A DNA stretch of 64,000 bases. It comes from Marsupella aquatica (Eukaryota; Plantae; Marchantiophyta). The stretch spans positions 3,475,223 through 3,539,222 of the forward strand of contig OZ316892.1 of the NCBI GenBank assembly GCA_973895155.1, written 5' to 3'. The notes under the pieces are model-generated. The model was not told the DNA's origin, made no database searches, and saw nothing but the letters and a program-made list of their open reading frames with translations. This document shows positions 1-12,789 of this stretch, piece after piece. The position numbers and the translations under genes are program-made. Positions within the stretch are counted from its first letter, which is position 1. Each line of letters begins with the position of its first letter.

Positions 1-142
1 GAAACTGGGCTCTGTGGGTTTGAGCAATTGGACTGTGGTTGGCATCGGTTGTACAACTGTGACGGTAGGCCCAATTTTGTATGCATGTCACACTGATTCA
101 GTTTGAAAATCATAGTTTGAATACAATTTCAATCAAGCTAGC

Positions 143-3100
143 ATGGCACAATTGCCACAGAATACGTTAGGTGTGGGTAGAACTCCAAAGTTGCCGCTCT
201 TCCATCCAGCTAGAGTACAACATCGTGATGATGCTTTGTGGGTTCGAGAACAGAAGGCCTGCCACAAGAGTGGGGACCATAAGATGTACTGCCCTTGTGT
301 GAACTGCAAAGGGAATTATAGGACTAATCGAAATACTGCTAGACTGCACCTTATTAAACATGGTCGGTACCCTGCATGTCGAGTGTGGGTGGGAGAGGGA
401 CAGGACTCTTCTGATGAAGAGTGGGGTGCTGACTACATGTCACAACATGGCCCAGAGGCACCCTGAGGCACCCTGAGGCACCCTGAGGCAACCTGTGCAC
501 AACAACCAACTGTAGATGTTGAAGAACATTTATTTGTAGACGTTCCAGAGTATCCAACTGTGGATGTTCCAGAGTATCCAACTGTGGATGTTGAAGAACA
601 TCCAACTATAGATGTTGAAGAACATATCAGGGCTCTACTAGAAGAAACGTTGCTGAGAACCAGTGAAGAATCCCCTGAACATGAACTAGATGATCAGGAC
701 CGTTTTGACTTGGATTTTGTACTTGGGGATGATGAGAGTGAAGGAGGTGCCCATCCTGTAAACCCCCTTGAAACCTCTGAAACTCCTGTGGAGACTGATC
801 CTGCACAGTTATCTTTAGATGCAGCAATGCAACCTTTGTTCCCAGGCAGCAAAATAGATGTTGTGTCATTCATGTTGCTTCTGCTGAACATCTGTCATGG
901 CCATGGATTCTCAAACAAAGGAGTGAATGCATTGTTGTCTTTGATGGGGGAGCATGGTATGCCTGCAGAGCATAATCTGCCCAAGAACTTATATGCTGCA
1001 AAGCAGCTATTGAGAAAGCTTGGCTTGGATTATGAGAGAATCCCTATCTGTGAGAAAGGTTGCATGCTCTTTAGGGGTGAGAATGCCAAGTTAGAAAACT
1101 GTTCAGTGTGTCAGCAGCCCAAGATGAAGAGAGTGGGGAATTCATTACAGGCAAGGAAGGTGGTGCGGTATTTCCCTATAATTCCCAGGTTGAAGAGATT
1201 GTATGCCACTGCTGGTACATCTAAACTCATGACTTGGCATCATGAGAATAGAAGCACAGACAACATGGTTTGGCACGCAGCAGATTCGAAGGCTTGGAAG
1301 CATGTGGATACAAATATTGATAGGAAATTTGCAGCTGAACCAAGGAATGTGCGATTTGGGTTGGCACTTGATGGGGTGAATCCCTTTGGGAATAATTCCA
1401 CAGCTTGGTCTACCTGGCCAATACTGTTGTTGAATTACAATTTACCTCCTTGGCTTACCACCAAGAAGTTCTTTGTCATGCTAGCTATGCTGATTCCAGG
1501 ACCTGGTTCAGTAACAGAAGAACAGTTGGACATAATATTGGGCCCATTCTATGAGGAGCTGGAGCTGTTGTGGAAGAAAGGAGTGCCTTGCTTTGACAAA
1601 TTGCCACGCCCAGGATTGTCTCAACACTTCAACCTTAGGGCTGTGCTATTGTGGACAATCAATGATTACCCTGCATATGGTTTAATATCTGGACAACAAC
1701 ACTCTGGATACAAAGGATGTGTCATCTGTGGGCCAAAATGTGTGGCACGTGGTTCTAAGCACTTGCAGAAATTAGAGTACAGTGGCCACCGTCGATGGTT
1801 AGCAGCAAGGCATCTTTTTCGTAGACCAGACAGTGCACAATACTTTGATGGTGCAATTGAGAGTCGACCTGCACCGTGTAGAATGACAAGCTCTGATAGA
1901 AAGAAGTGGGGAGACGAGACAACAAAATATTTGAAGAAGGGAGGAACCAAGGTTGAGGATGAGAAATGCCCCATAAAGGTGCATGGAGTGAAGAGGGCTA
2001 CTGGTCTGTACAAGTTGCCCTATTGGAATGTAAGACTCCATACTACTACAATGAATTTCTACAATCTCTTCATATGACTTTGAAATATATTCTCTTCATA
2101 TACTTCCTGTAGCCCAGATTTTGTAATTGTTGTATTCAATGCACTAATTTCTGAATTGTGTCTACTGCACAAACTACTGTCCAGTGATGCCAAAAGTTGT
2201 ATTCAATGCCCTAATTTCTGAATTGTGTGTCCACTGCAGAAACTACTCATTAACCATTGTCTAGATCCCATGCATTGTGAGAAGAATCTTGCACACAACA
2301 TTGTGCACACTATCATTGGGACCAAGGACACTCCTTCTATGAGAGAAGACATGAAGCTCTTACAGGTGCGCCAACACCTATGGCTTGTACCCAATCCAGC
2401 TCCCAAGCGTAACGATGACAAATTGTTGATGCCCCCAGCCCCATATTGCCTGAGCAAGAAGGAAAGAACAAGGTTCTTGGAGGTGTTATTGACCTTGAAA
2501 GGGCCCACTGGTTTTTCAAGTTCTTTGGCGAAGTGTGTTACAAAATCCAAGAAACTCTCTGGGTTGAAATCACATGATTTCCACCAACTCATGCAACAGA
2601 TTCTCCCTCTGGCAACAATGGGATTACTTGATGAAGGGGTTTGCTTGGCCATAGCTGGGGTGAGCAATATCTATTGCCAGATTTGTACGAAGGTGTGGGA
2701 CCCTTCAATGTATGAGAATTTGATGATGGATGTTGCATTCGATCACTCTCTGCATTTTGGAAATCCATTTTCCACCAAGTTTCTTTGATGTCATGACCCA
2801 TTTAATGATTCACCCTAGTGGAGGAATTAGACTTGTGTGGCCCAGTTACAGGCAGATGGATGTACCCAATAGAGAGGAACCTGAAGGTATTGAAGGGTTA
2901 TGTACGAAACAAGGCACGTCCAGAGGCTTCTATGGCTGAAGGCTATGTATTAGATGAGTCTTTGGGATTCCTTTCTGAATACATGATTGATGCAAAGGGA
3001 GAGGGAAAACGAACCTGGGAGTTGGAGGAGGATGCTGGCGTTGCAGGCATTGTTTTGGAAGGGGCTGCAAAGGCGATAACTTTGGATTGGTCTGAAATGA

Positions 3101-4109
3101 TGGCCATGCATCATTATATATTGGAGAATGAAGAGACAGTGGCTCCATGGTACAGATACATAAACTCTAAATTATGTTGCCCCATTGTGTTTGTATATTC
3201 ATGGTGGATCATGCACTAATGTCTTCAGTGTTGTTGTTGCCATGTAGGATATATGATGCTACCAATGAGACTGTTACCAAACGAAGAGTGGATTTCCGGA
3301 AGGAATGGATGAGGAAGCCTGCCAATCGAAGAAAACCAGTGGAATTTCCCGCTAACTGCCAAGAATTGCCACCTTTCAGGGAATGGTTTCAAACATTAGT
3401 CACCCATAATTTTGAGAAAGAGTCTAAGCGGTCATTACTATCTGTATACTCCACACCACCTAGTTTGAAGGCACGACTGTATAGGGCATGCAGAGCCTAT
3501 GGGCACCATTGGAGGACTATTCCATCCTTGGGGTGTTTGAGTGATTGTGATTCTGGTGCTTTCAGCACTTTTGATTCTAGGATGGCTTCTACATTCATTG
3601 AGAAGCGAGTGGACAGGTCTGGTGCAACCATAGAAGAATCTGTACAGTATGTAGGGGCCTTGACAGATATCTTGGTACTGAATTACGGCAGCTTGAGGAA
3701 AGAGGTGATTCTTTTCAAAGGGAAATTGGCAGATCCATCATGGACTCCTAAATCCTCTGCCAGTATGAGGTATTCCGAGTCTGGTCTTTGGCAGGTGAAT
3801 TTCCATAGAGAACTGGGTGTGTCCAAGAAAATGGATTACGTTTTCCCAAAGCAAGTGGAGCAAGTTTTCTTCCACCCCAATGAGAAGGGGATAGCATGGA
3901 GAACAATCCTCCACAAAGAATTCAGGTCCACAAGGGTGTTAGGTGATTACACAGACGTTGATTTCCATGCTACAATGGAAAACAATGCCAAATTACACAT
4001 CGAATTGGCTAAGGCCTGTAGGTCCAGAGCAAATCCAGGACCATTGACTGGTCCCAAACGAGGCAGAGATGTAGAGGGATCTGCAAGAAAGGGCAGGCCT
4101 AAGCAGTGA
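143..4109 (+). pseudogene. CACTA TnpD/Tnp2 transposase (transposase-associated Zn domain, Transposase_21, DUF4218 and DUF4216-like regions), disrupted
   Basis: Motifs CPCVNC..HLIKHG, EPRNVRFGLALDGVNPFG, TWPILLLNYNLPPWL, LLWTINDYPAYG, LDPMHCEKN, GLKSHDFHQLMQQILP, FPPSFFDVMTHL, WMYPIERNLKVLKGYVRNKARPEASMAEGY, YVFPKQVEQVFF. Introns at ~2030-2240 and ~3156-3247. In-frame TGA at 464-466 and +1 frameshifts near 2741 and 2813. Confidence 0.9.
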
Positions 4110-4656
4110 ATAGGTTTTAGGTGTGTGAAGTCCATAGATGGACTACATGTATGGACTATATATGAAATCAGACTAATGGTTTACCCATTTGTGCAGTTGG
4201 TGAATGCAGCCTGTGAAAGGAAGATTGCAGAGGTTGTCACATTCTGTGAATCCTTATGAGGAGGCCCAAAATCGGAACATAGAGCATAATGTCAGAATTA
4301 TGCGTGATCTAGGACTGGGGCCAGACTGCAAGCTGATGTGTGTGTTAATATGTCTGTTGCAAATTTGATTTAGTAGATGGAGTTGTCAAGTTCCTTTTCT
4401 GTTTTCATATTCCAGATTGGTCTCATACTAGTATGGATCTTGTACATAAGTACTAGTGTTACGGTGTTGTAGATTCATTTTGCATGTATGTTTGATCTGC
4501 ATTGGTGTATGTTGATGATTGCTTTAATTGTTCCTTAGAGGCCCAACCACACATGTACAACGAGAGAGAGGAAAGCCTGCTTTGGTGAAAGGTACTTCAA
4601 CTGAAACATTGCCAAAGAGGAGGAGCTCTAGACTATCAGAAGTTACCAAGGTGAAC

Positions 4657-7362
4657 ATGGCAGAGTCTGGTGATGATGGCTATGCCAATGCTGGGTATGA
4701 CACTGAGGATTCTGACATTGGAGGGTCAGAACCTGAGAGTGAACAACAGGTAATGCTTGAACTTCATCATCCTAAACCCTAAATCCTTGTCCTTGTTTCA
4801 AAGTATTTGTTAATATGCCTACGTTGTCCATGATGTAGGTACAGAAACAAAATCGTGGTCCTAAGAAGACTGGGCCTGGTGGAGGTGGGCTGGTGAGATG
4901 TTGGAAAGACCCAGACACTGGACTATTATATGAAAGTGAGTGGATTGTACTAATATACCTTTTCAGTGTGTTTGGAAGTTGATATTCTACATTTTCCTAA
5001 AATTCATTGAAGTGCTTGGTGGTGTGTGTTTGTTTAGTGGTTCCATCAGCATCTGAAGGCAGATCAGGTCAATCTGACGTACTACATTCTAGAGGATCTT
5101 CAGGTAATACAAATCTGCTCGTCATGCATATGCAAGTGCATTTGCTCAACTTTTCAATGTACATATTTTTTGAGTGAAAGCATGTGTGTGCATTGCAGGT
5201 GGGGCCTCTGAGATGCGCAGGGAACGAAGGCATGCTAAGAAGATGTTTGATAATGCTGCCAAAGTATGAAGGAATCAGGGAGATTTGCCCAAACACATTA
5301 AAGTGAGTATTGTACTTTTTTTGAATGTAGATTTAGACATAGATCCTCTCTGTTATTGTGTGTATAAAACCTGGACTATGCATAAATTCCAGAGTTATGA
5401 ATTGACATTGCATGTGAAATGCAGATTTATGACAATGATATTGATGATTCTGATCCCAACAAACAGTACTGGCTGGAGGAACTTCGTGGCAATGTACTCA
5501 GAATCTTTGATGTATCAAAGCCAAAATGGACTGATCATCCACGAGTTCATATAACCAGTGTGTGGAAGAACATGGCAGCTGAGTGGGAGTATGTGGGTGG
5601 GGAATTTATTGACAACAAATTCCAGAGTCATTGTCGTGGCATATTGAAGAGAGAGCGCCATAAAATGCATGTTTACTGGAAGAAAGTTTGCAATGAGGAT
5701 CCAACCAAACCTGGGCCATCTGGTGTTGATCCAAAGAAATGGGCAGCTTTGGTATCTCATTTCACCAGTCCAGCATTGATATCTTTGAGTAAACAGATGA
5801 CTGATAAAAGAGCACGAGTGCAAGATACCAGTCACTTTGGTAGAGGAGGGCATGCTGCAGCAGCAAAGAGAATGGTAAACTGTCTATATCATTTTCACTA
5901 TCAATTCTGTCTTGTTTGTGAATCTTGATGAAAACAAACTCTGAGTTTCTCATTCATTGTGTGTTTGAACAGAAGCAGAAGAGAGGATCAAGCCCAGGTA
6001 TATCTTACCTGAAAGAAAATCTTGGTAGTTAGGGTTCATTGCCAAAGGTGACAATGAGCCCATCATTGGCAAGTGCAGAAGGTCAGACTGGTAGTTTTTT
6101 GGGAGCAAAGGTGAGCCCGTCATTGGCAAGTGGGGAGGGTAAAAGTGCTAGCTTACTGGGGCAAGGATACAGACATGGATCAGCTGTGAGTATTGCCATT
6201 CCAATCTGATTTGTACATCATTTTCCATTTGATAGAGTGTTGTGTCGTTTGTTAGTTTGACAGTGAGAATATTGTGTTGGTTTGTGGTTCATTTACAGAC
6301 CCCACATTCAAAAGAAGAGGTCACTGCCATTGGGGCTGTCAAATTGGATGTTGATGAGTTGAAAGGCACTGTGAAGGAGTTGACAAACATGATGACTATA
6401 TGGATGGCACATCACTCCAGTAATGCACAAGTTCCAACATTTGTTCCTAGTCACAGTAAGTTGACTACAGCTACCAAAGAAGGTAGTAGAAAATGATCTC
6501 TTACTTTTTCAGGTGATAATGGAGGTAAAATTCTCTATCATCTATTCACTGTCCATTCAATGTAATTATTGTGGTATATATATGTCATTGTATGTTTATA
6601 ATGTTCTTGCATGTTCTAGTGTGATTATATGTTGCTGGTGTATACATGTTTGTTTATGCATTTCTCTTGTGTGTGTTTATGACAGCATCTTTAGGGGAGC
6701 CTCCTGTGTCGTAGGGAAGACCAACTGACACAGCTAATAGTACTCTGAAGCAAACTGAATTGGAAGTGAACCTTTTGCCATCTAAGTTGCCTAAAGAAGC
6801 CATTTCAGATGCCTTTCAGTTGCCAGAGGATAAGTCGACTCAGTTGACACCAGATGTAACCCCAAAATCATCTGAGTTGCCAAAAGAAACTCCTGTTCCA
6901 AGTGAGCATGATGACACTCCATCAACTAGAAAGGGAAAGAAGAAAAGGAAGAAAGGATCTTCAGCAAATGCATCACCTGCACAGAAGAAACCAATGCAGT
7001 CTCCTAACCCCATTGCAAAGGTAAATGTGTGTTTGATTTGAGTGTTCTTCTATCTTTCAATTTCTGTTTATTGCATTTTTAACAAAATGTGTTGTTCACA
7101 GTTTGTAAGAGGAGATTTGGTGAAGATGAAGAGCGTTGTGGACAATTCCATGATAGTGGCAGAAGGTGAGGTGACAGGGCTGCCAGGAGAAGATAAGTTT
7201 CATTGTGCAAATTTTGAAAGCCCTTTCTTGCGAGTGCGTGTGATTGAAGTGTTTGTAGATGTGGCATTGCCATTTGCCAATGCAGGGGAGAAACAGTCTA
7301 AATTATCTGATGTGAAAGGGATGAATGCCCTATGGAACTCTAGATTGCTTAAGAAGCAATAG
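4657..7362 (+). pseudogene. CACTA ORF2 / TnpA-like multi-exon gene (Ptta/Transposase_24-like region plus C-terminal Tnp1-like domain)
   Basis: Exons include KKWAALVSHFTSP..LSKQM..KRARV..SHFGRGG (5424-5874), a basic NLS-like RKGKKKRKK, and VAEGEV..FHC..LRVRVIEVFVDVALP..LSDVKG..ALW (7102-7362). It lies between TnpD and the 3' TIR. An apparent TAG occurs at ~6029. Confidence 0.72.
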
Positions 7363-7699
7363 AAATAGCACTCTGTCAAGAAACACTAGACATGATAGAA
7401 TCAGCTCTGTTTTTCTATAAACATGCAGAGTGATTGGTATGTCAGGTTGTAACAATTGACAATCTAATATTATTGATGCCAATGTAATTTTGTTTCATAA
7501 ATTTGCATTGAGTTCAATAGTTACTGTGAGACTTATGAAGGTATCTTGTATGAATGTCAATTGGATTTGTGATATATATGGAATGTTTCTTTAAGTTTTC
7601 ATTCAGCAAATCTATTGAATGGCTTTGTAATGTATGACTTTTGAATGACATGAAGTTTTATCTATCATGATCACTTAAATTTGAATTTCTCCAAATCAT

Positions 7700-8426
7700 T
7701 GAATACTTCACCTAAATGACTGGCTAGAATGACTGATGTAATGGTCATTATCCACAACTATCTTTGTGACCAATATGACTCAACTCTGGTCATTAAAGAC
7801 ATAGACTAAATGATTCAAAGAATGACATATATACAATGACCGCTCTCATGGTCATTATAAACAAGTCCACTATGACTCACTTTATGTCATTCAAGACATG
7901 TCATTAATGACTAATGTGTATCTTTATGTGTCTCCTCCTAATTGAACCACGTGTCTTAATATGACTTGTTTATATCGTAATCATTTTGGACACGTCCAAA
8001 ATGACCCAAATATATTGCCAAATGGTGAATCCTCTTTGAACCATGTGTCACTATTTGATTTGTTATATAATGTACATCATTTTGGACAAGTCCAAAATGA
8101 CCAATGTTATTTGTTTTTTGATTGCCACATGTCATTGTGTGATTGGGTACGGGGACCGTCGACGGTCAATGGCAATTGACCGTCGATGGTGATTTGTGTC
8201 GTCATTTTGGACCGTTCAGCATTTATGACCATATCATAAAAAACGGTCATTTAGGATAGTATGAAATGACCACATGTTTTTAGCGTCATTTGTCCAAAAG
8301 GACCGTGACCAAAATGTCCGTTGTGACGCGTCTGGAAAGACGAGAACGATTGTGTCATTGTTTTGTTAAAAAGGCCTGATTAATAGACATTGTTTCTGTC
8401 ATAAAATACATTGTTTTCTACTAGTG
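7700..8426. repeat. CACTA 3' subterminal repeat region and terminal inverted repeat
   Basis: Many AATGAC/GTCATT copies in both orientations, palindrome GACCGTCGACGGTC at ~8154-8167, and terminal ...CTACTAGTG. Confidence 0.88.
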
Positions 8427-11400
8427 TTGTTACGAGCAAAGGGTGATTACCTTGTGTGATAAACCCAGTGCCAAATTTGAATGTTGTTGAAGGTCTTGCG
8501 CCTCGCAGCATGTAAAGGCAACCAGGTGTTCCTACTATATTTTGCCTCCAACATTATAGGTGTCGATGAATGGAATACTAACCCCATCCACAACTAAGTC
8601 TGAATAGGGAGGAATAATTTTGGTCAGGTTTTCAACGTGATGTGTTATGATGTTGCCCAATTCTTGGGTCCATCTCATCTTAGTCCATGATTCTAGACCA
8701 GGTAGGGGTGCACTGGTGTGTTCTTCATTGAGGAAAGACACCTTCTTTGTCTTCTTTGCCTATTTTTTGTGACCAGGCACCTTTTTCCTGCTAATGTGCT
8801 GTTGCTTTTCCCTTCCCTGCAAGACATCAGGCATGACATTCAATGAATTAGGGAATATAACAACAGCAAATCGCATAGAACAGGAAAGAACACAGACTGT
8901 AGCCTCACCTTAATTTCCGACAAGCGTTTCTCATATGCCTTCAGACGAGTTTCATCTGTAGGTTCTCCTCCATCTCCTTCCTGTACGTTCCTCTGCAAAT
9001 TTACTCTCTTCCGTCGCTTCTTGGCTGTCTTGTTGTGAAGCTTCTTGTTGGGCCCCATCTTCTGGGGGCCCATCTCCTGGGACACCATCATCCTCGGGCC
9101 CGTCTTTTGTGGCCCCATCATCTTCAGCCCCATCTTCTGTCTCCCCATCATGTTGGGCCCCATCTTCTGTCTCCCCATCTTCTGTGGCAGGATCATACTC
9201 TGCCTTGTCATCTTGGGCCCCATCTTCTGTCTCCCCATCTTCTGTCTCCCCATCAGAATTTGCCTTGTCTTCTGTGGCCCCATCATCATCATCCTCTCCA
9301 GCCTGTTCTTGTGAAGCATGCTCAGTAGTGGCATCCTCTGCCCCATCTTCTGTGGCATCATCATCATCATCCTCTCCATCTTGTTCTTGTGAAGCATGCT
9401 CACTAGTGGCATCCTCTGCCCCATCTTCTGTGGCCCCATCATCATCATCCTCTTCGGCCTATTCTTGTGAAGCATGCTCACTAGTGGCGTCCTCTGCCCC
9501 ATCTTCTGTGGCCCCATCAATGTCTTTCCTGTCTCCACCCCTTTCTTTTTCAGCTTCATCATCTATGTTGTCATTTGTCTGTAACCCGTGACAAACATCT
9601 TCAGCAGAACATAAACCAAAAGCCACAAGTAGAACATGAACCAGAGCGGAACATAAACCAGGCGCAAAACATGAACCAGAAGCGGAACATATACCGAAAG
9701 CAGAACATAAACCAGGAGACATGCCTAGTATGAATGGCATAGGGAAACACATCATACAAAATTGCGATAGGATAGGAGGTCTTGGAATAAAGGCAAAGAC
9801 AATGTGAGGTACATGGAGAGTGTTGTTGATGTTTTTTAGCTTCTTCTGAGTTGGTTCTTGGCTGTTCTTGGCTGTTCTTGGCCTTCTCTTCCGTGTAGAT
9901 GATCTGTCAGGACCTACAGTTTTTTCCTGCACACAATACAAAGAGTCACATTCCATAATACAAAGGAAAGAACATGAATTTGCTTGGAACATTAATGTCC
10001 TGAATAGATAGCATATGAATGTGCCTAACCTGGCTGTCAATGGAGGTGTTCCTTCCCGGTGTGGCCTTGGCCCTAGACCTCAAGCCCTATCTCTGTCCTT
10101 GTGTTTCAGAATTCTTAGCAGGCTTCTTACATGGGGCCTTACCCTTACCCTTACCCTTTGCTCTAGTGTTCGGAGGTGGGTCCTTCTCAACAAGGACACG
10201 CTTCTTATATACAATGTTGTCAGCGTCCAAATCAGAGCGGGAAAGATCCAGTTGGGGCATCCCATCGTCACTGCTCCATTCGGCCACATCTTCTGGAAGC
10301 ATTGCCTATGACATGATGCATTTCATATGTCAAACATCACTACCGCATTAATATAGCAATACAACATAAAGTAAAATTCACATACCCTTCTCGACAAAAC
10401 ATAACTACATTTCACGTTCTCGGTACCGACAGAACATAAACTCAATGAATTTACCTCATATCGACAGAACATCAACTACATTGCACATACCTGGCACCGA
10501 CAGAACATAAACTACAATGAACTTACCTCATACCGACAAAACATCAACTACGTTGCACATACCCTAGTTCGCATCTCCTCTGGATCAATTTGGCGTCTAT
10601 GCTTTTCCCAGAAATCTTCAACGTTTGATTTCACAGCGTTGAGCAATTCAAGCTGGTGAAGCGCTTAGATTTTCTCCACGCATTGTACCACTCTATGGCC
10701 TTACTCAGAACCCATGTTGTCTCCTCCTCATCCCCTTCATGAGCTAACTTGAGGTTATTCGCCCATCGTAGCAACCACGACATTCGCTGTCGTTTGAGTT
10801 TCCACACTCGTGCAGGGTAGGAACCAGAAGTTGACTCTTTGTTGTGAATCGTGGCTGCTGTACTCAGTGGATTCCTTTAGGCACACACAAACCAAAGCAT
10901 TCTCTAAATTGCAAAACATAAACCAGGAGTAATGAAATCAATCCATACCAGAACATGCACTAGTACTCGTGTGTGGAATGAACGCAAAATGGTCGAACCT
11001 TTGTCGTGCTGCCGTTTTGGGACGACCAACCGGACACGGTTCTAGATTCATGCGATGTACTGATCACATGTGATCCAGAAAAGCCTGCTTCTTCACGAAG
11101 TGTTGACATGAATCATCCGTCATGATTTTGCAAAGAAAACCTGACCCTAATGTTCTTTTGTGGGATGGATTTTTAGCTCACATCCAATGTTCGTTCATCT
11201 TGGCTATTGGGAACTTCTCCCATTCTGACTCTGGTGGAACAGGAGGCTTCCCCTTCCTAGGCCCTACGGCACATTGCCGAGATGGCGCCATTCCCTGCAT
11301 GACAGTACCAAAGCAACGCTGTGTAGAACATAAACTGTGAATCTGAAGCAAGAGTTGGGAGCGACATTGAAACAATCCATTTAATTGGTAATGCAAGAGA

Positions 11401-11827
11401 CAAAGTACTCGTCTGACATGCAGCAACGATCATCTGAATGAGTTGCTTACTTGAGCAGGATGTCCGAGTGAGTTGTTGGGCTTGAGTTTTGAAATTGGTC
11501 AAAGGCGAAATGTGATAGAATCTAACCAATGGTCGTATGCAGGCGCAGCGTGCTTGAGTGGGATCACAGGGTTCGACAGCAGTCAACTGTCGAGACGGGG
11601 CAGGGGAGGGTAGCGTTGGCAGGGTCGGGGAGTCGGTTCGCGCTCCCGCCCGATTTCAAAACGGACGGACGACGGACGGAAATGCAGTTTAGGCAGTCGA
11701 AGGAGAAATGGTAGAACATAAACCTAGGCCGCGTCGGGGAACGGGCAGGCGGCATTGGATTTCGTGACGGGCAGTGTACGGGGTGCCGCTAAACTTGGAG
11801 CGCATTAACGCAGTGTTGATTTAACCC
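8427..11827 (-). mobile_element. Decayed TE-like segment (possibly MULE) carrying a multi-exon pseudogene; interrupted by the CACTA
   Basis: The minus strand from ATG ~11292 reads MAPSRQ..WM*AKNPSHKRTLGSGFLCKIMTDDSCQHFVKKQAFLDHM*SVH (C2H2-like), followed by further exons, an acidic repeat exon (~8960-9590) and an exon at ~8450-8816. It has many stop codons, repeated AGAACATAAA motifs, and a GC-rich end terminating at ...ATTTAACCC (11827). The superfamily assignment is inference. Confidence 0.5.
9040..9520 (-). repeat. Coding minisatellite (CCCATCTTCTGT-based 15-bp units and ~70-bp higher-order units) encoding an acidic DGATEDGAED/DGETED tract
   Basis: Repeats are directly visible. The acidic frame continues from the end of ORF 9459..10040 through one TAG. 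Confidence 0.8.
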
Positions 11828-12789
11828 AGGGTTAATAGGAGTATCCTGACTCTCGTCCTGACTACAACTCTTTTGAACGCAAAAAACCAGGCAAGCACAC
11901 ACACACTTTTAGTTATGCTCCAGCTTCACTCTAGAGTGAAGTCTAGACAGTAGTCCCAGGAAATAGCTTTTTATTGAGATTCTATACTTACTAGTCTGAT
12001 TAACCCTTAGTTAAAGAAATCAAAATGAGGAGAAAAAAACCCTTGCAAAAAAAAGGATCCATGGATGCTATTTAGGGTTCAGCTTGCCTCATCCTTGTTT
12101 TTGTTTATAGCCTCACTCTAAGTTGTGTCCTGGTTGAGGTATTCTATGTTGCGAGCAAACAGGAGATTTTGATAGTGAAGAGATTTTGATAGTGAGACAA
12201 TAATGGTTCCAAATTTCAGTTGCTTTTTGGGGCCTTTTACATTTTTTGTGTTTTTTTAAAGACTCCAGATGGCTAGCAAGCTCGCTAGCAACAAGGGAGC
12301 CCCCAAAAGAGATGTTACTAACCAGGTAGTTGATAGCGAGGCAGTTGCATGTAGAAAAATAGGGGTCATGCAAGAATTTTTTTTGCTTGTGCGAGGAAAA
12401 ATTTTACTTTTTGCTCGCACGTCACATTTACCCGTCCTGGTTATGCTATTATTTGAAGTATATATCCAGTATTTATACATCTAATGCTCAGCAGGGTTAC
12501 TTGAGGGCGGCATATGACCAATCTTTTTGGCAAAAGTTGACTCAATTTGACCACCTACTGAACTATAGGTGACAAATGAAAACCATAGAAAAATGAAAAG
12601 TAACAATTCAAATAAACAAAGAAAAGATTAAAGAGGGGTAAAAGAAAATAAACCTATGGATGCATGGGCCTTTGGATGGGTTGTGATTGATATATCAGTG
12701 TTTTCTAGTAAATTGTATAAATTTTTTATTTAACTGAAAATAACCATGGGTAGAAAGAAACTCCTCGAAGACTGTAACATTTCCCAAGC

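Larger units (their letters stand above)
1..8426 (+). mobile_element. CACTA (En/Spm) DNA transposon, 5' end outside the window; probably inactivated
   Basis: Ends at 8414-8426 in TTTTCTACTAGTG (reverse complement CACTAGTAGAAAA). Dense AATGAC/GTCATT subterminal repeats at ~7700-8410. Carries TnpD-type and TnpA-type ORFs. Sequence is CpG-depleted. The expected 3-bp TSD would be TTG (8427-8429); the left copy is not visible. Confidence 0.93.

Noticed and set aside
8840-9562. 240-aa M/G/Q/K-rich ORF and the overlapping plus-strand ORFs 9035-9591
   Set aside because: These are alternative frames of a stop-poor minisatellite. The acidic D/E frame is the more plausible original.
11821-12015. piggyBac-like ends (TTAACCCAGGGTTAA palindrome and TTAACCC near 12000)
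   Set aside because: Only 7-8 bp of symmetry, with no consistent TSD pair and no transposase.
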